From an uncultured Chloroflexia bacterium (GTDB lineage Bacteria > Chloroflexota > Limnocylindria > Limnocylindrales > CSP1-4), in the NCBI GenBank assembly GCA_963712745.1, contig CAVQJC010000005.1, positions 128,001 to 192,000 on the forward strand: DNA of 64,000 nucleotides, given 5' to 3'. The notes beneath the pieces were generated by a model. It saw only the letters and a program-made list of their open reading frames with translations. It was not told where the DNA came from and ran no database searches. Within the stretch, counting starts at the first letter, position 1, and each line of letters begins with the position of its first letter. This document shows positions 63,201-64,000 of the stretch, piece after piece. The position numbers were made by a program, and so were the translations under genes.

Positions 63201-63999
63201 CGATCGAGTCCTCGGCGGGGGCGTCAAGGTGGGCCCTGATCCTGCCAGCATCGATCTCTGGCACGACGGCCGCCACTGCGGACCTCGACCGCGAACGCAT
63301 CGCCCCCGGTATCCCCAGCTCCGTGGCGACCCTGGCCACGGTTCGGCGAGCACCGTGTCGACGATAGTGCGTGCTCAGACGTCGCAAAGTCGGGGCTGTC
63401 CCAGGCAAAGCTGGAACGCGCGGGAGGACCCGGCTCGCGCGTCTGCCGCGCATCGAATGGAGGAGCGGGTTCTCGGCTTTCGCGGCTGCGTCGGGGTGGT
63501 GACGCAGATAGTCGAACCCGTCGAAGTCGGGAGCGGGGTCGCGGCCTTCCCGCCAGCCGAAGTAGAGGTAGTGGTCCAGTGGATGCCAGTGGCCGCCGCG
63601 CACGTCCGGGTTCCGATCCAGGTACCAGTCCGTGTCGAAGTGCGGGTTGGGGTCACGGCCCTTGGTCAGCGACATGCGCAGGTACTGGCGATACGCCGCC
63701 TTGCGGCCGCGGGGCGCATCGGGATACTGCTCGCGGTACCAGGCTTCCTCGAAGAGCGGGTTGACGCGGATGCCCCTGGGCCAACGCAGCGTCAGCAGCA
63801 GCCACAGCGCCTGGGTCGGCCGGCTGACCAGTGAGCGGACCCGGCGATGCTCAGCGGCAAAGCTGGTCCAGCGATCACCCAGCCGCCCCAGAACACTCGA
63901 ATGGGTACGCAGGAGTTGGTGCAGGAGCGCATCACGTTGCGACGAGACCCGCGTGAGTTCATGACGCAGGCTGCCATCGCCTACAGCGGACGCGCTCGT
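60169..63999 (-). CDS. Large multidomain glycosyltransferase (N-terminal FDxxWYL repeats, GT2, GT2, GT4); 5' end outside the window
   Basis: Frame is open to the window end; NPLFEEAWY, PNPHFDTDWYL; VYSDHD, VSVIIPT, FNWAKLNN, FLNDDIE, LTGACL, NDVDLCLR; GYWTWELPEFP, RKNP, SLHRSEGFGL. Confidence 0.92.
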   Translation of the reverse strand, partial: TSASAVGDGSLRHELTRVSSQRDALLHQLLRTHSSVLGRLGDRWTSFAAEHRRVRSLVSRPTQALWLLLTLRWPRGIRVNPLFEEAWYREQYPDAPRGRKAAYRQYLRMSLTKGRDPNPHFDTDWYLDRNPDVRGGHWHPLDHYLYFGWREGRDPAPDFDGFDYLRHHPDAAAKAENPLLHSMRGRRASRVLPRVPALPGTAPTLRRLSTHYRRHGARRTVARVATELGIPGAMRSRSRSAVAAVVPEIDAGRIRAHLDAPAEDSIEAMGHMLVAGWAYSPGSQVSGTVYIDHRHVADCVTGQPRPDVGMANRKSEEAAVSGFSARVSLRDIEPGKRSLQVVLRDPRGATRVLISSFRRVRPDSLYHHYWERALPTDGEIHHLADSLKRRGTPDVHIVVVARDLDKLGGSLRSIRKQGYPSLSCEIVVDRASVREAETVLASTGLRATVSSILHEALPDDVAPSRMVGFIEAGDRLAPAALWQMVAQDAVADPLVVYSDHDSIDDTGRHVRPWFVPDWSPDRFLSQDYVGGFYLARDGRALRDALPRSVESPPRSWRYGLLLRLSAARGAIAHVPAVLWSRPLGDPSEADAVAELDAVVDILGELGVTADVRTVHVGPDDVVRSVEWPLTAEPLVSVIIPTTGRLEFVAETVASLHRTSYQNIELIFVDNSRGHHPDGIAFLRGEDVTIIERDEPFNWAKLNNDGARLAKGEMLLFLNDDIEVRDPDWLTGLVRHALREEVGAVGSLLTYPDGTVQHLGVFLVGHGGGAIHLFHGMDPDQGLYLDLQHVTREVTSLTGACLMVRRAVFDKVNGFDESLAVTGNDVDLCLRIARTGRRLLVEPRSRLVHRESQSRSGIDYSLDENRIWELWSDLLERGDPHHNPNLAQDRPDASLDWGRVSARKDSARRVSPSDGVNLVGYLRAEMGLGEAVRGDALALTEADVPFVAIDHMFGSPARFGDTSWSHKIVDDPVFHTNIIHVNADVLPRALQHMPEGLRDGRRNIGYWTWELPEFPEAWHGSFSLVEEVWVPSVFVREAVAAVAPVPVHVVPHVVRTPTGPFRERGYFGLPEDASLFLSMYDTQSVMERKNPEGAIDAFTRAFDPDDDGVMLVLKVNSAGAREVSMLRARVAGRPNIRIIVDVFSRAEMDSLIARSDVFVSLHRSEGFGLPMAEAMAMGVPVVATGWSGNMDFTSDGTAACVAYRLVELERTRGPYEAGQRWAEPDIDDAARWLERLRADVDLRAHLGTAGYKAIRERNSAAVVGSIIASRIGSASGA

Positions 64000-64000
64000 C

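Noticed and set aside
63675-64000. Start of the large glycosyltransferase at 63675
   Set aside because: The frame stays open and coding-like up to the window end, so the gene is 5'-truncated by the window

Overview
High-GC bacterial chromosome segment. The repertoire (STAND-type ATPase-TPR protein, stand-alone TadE/TadG genes, many secreted propeller proteins, leaderless starts) suggests a monoderm such as Chloroflexota or Actinomycetota; this is inference only. The left ~36 kb holds: a tightly coupled 5-gene operon (ICMT/PEMT-type methyltransferase, divergent Lgt, two small paralogous proteins, radical SAM of the tetraether-synthase Tes/MJ0619 type); a secreted phosphodiesterase-phospholipase A2 fusion; two VapBC loci; two paralogous secreted FG-GAP proteins; a GT-C/GT2/flippase trio; UroD-like + galK; an OafA-type acyltransferase; tadE-tadE-tadG; and four copies of a ~145 bp fold-back element with tandem-repeat tails. 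From ~36.3 kb to the end is a compositionally distinct surface-glycan island (Wzm/Wzt, many glycosyltransferases, five sulfotransferase domains, amino-sugar aminotransferase and N-methyltransferase, GNATs). Three genes appear broken by single-base frameshifts, possibly sequencing errors. No rRNA, tRNA, CRISPR array, transposase or integrase was seen. The best candidate for an undescribed system is the Lgt + Tes-like radical SAM operon (1759-5497); the fold-back repeat family is second. All family assignments are from motif recognition by eye, not database searches.
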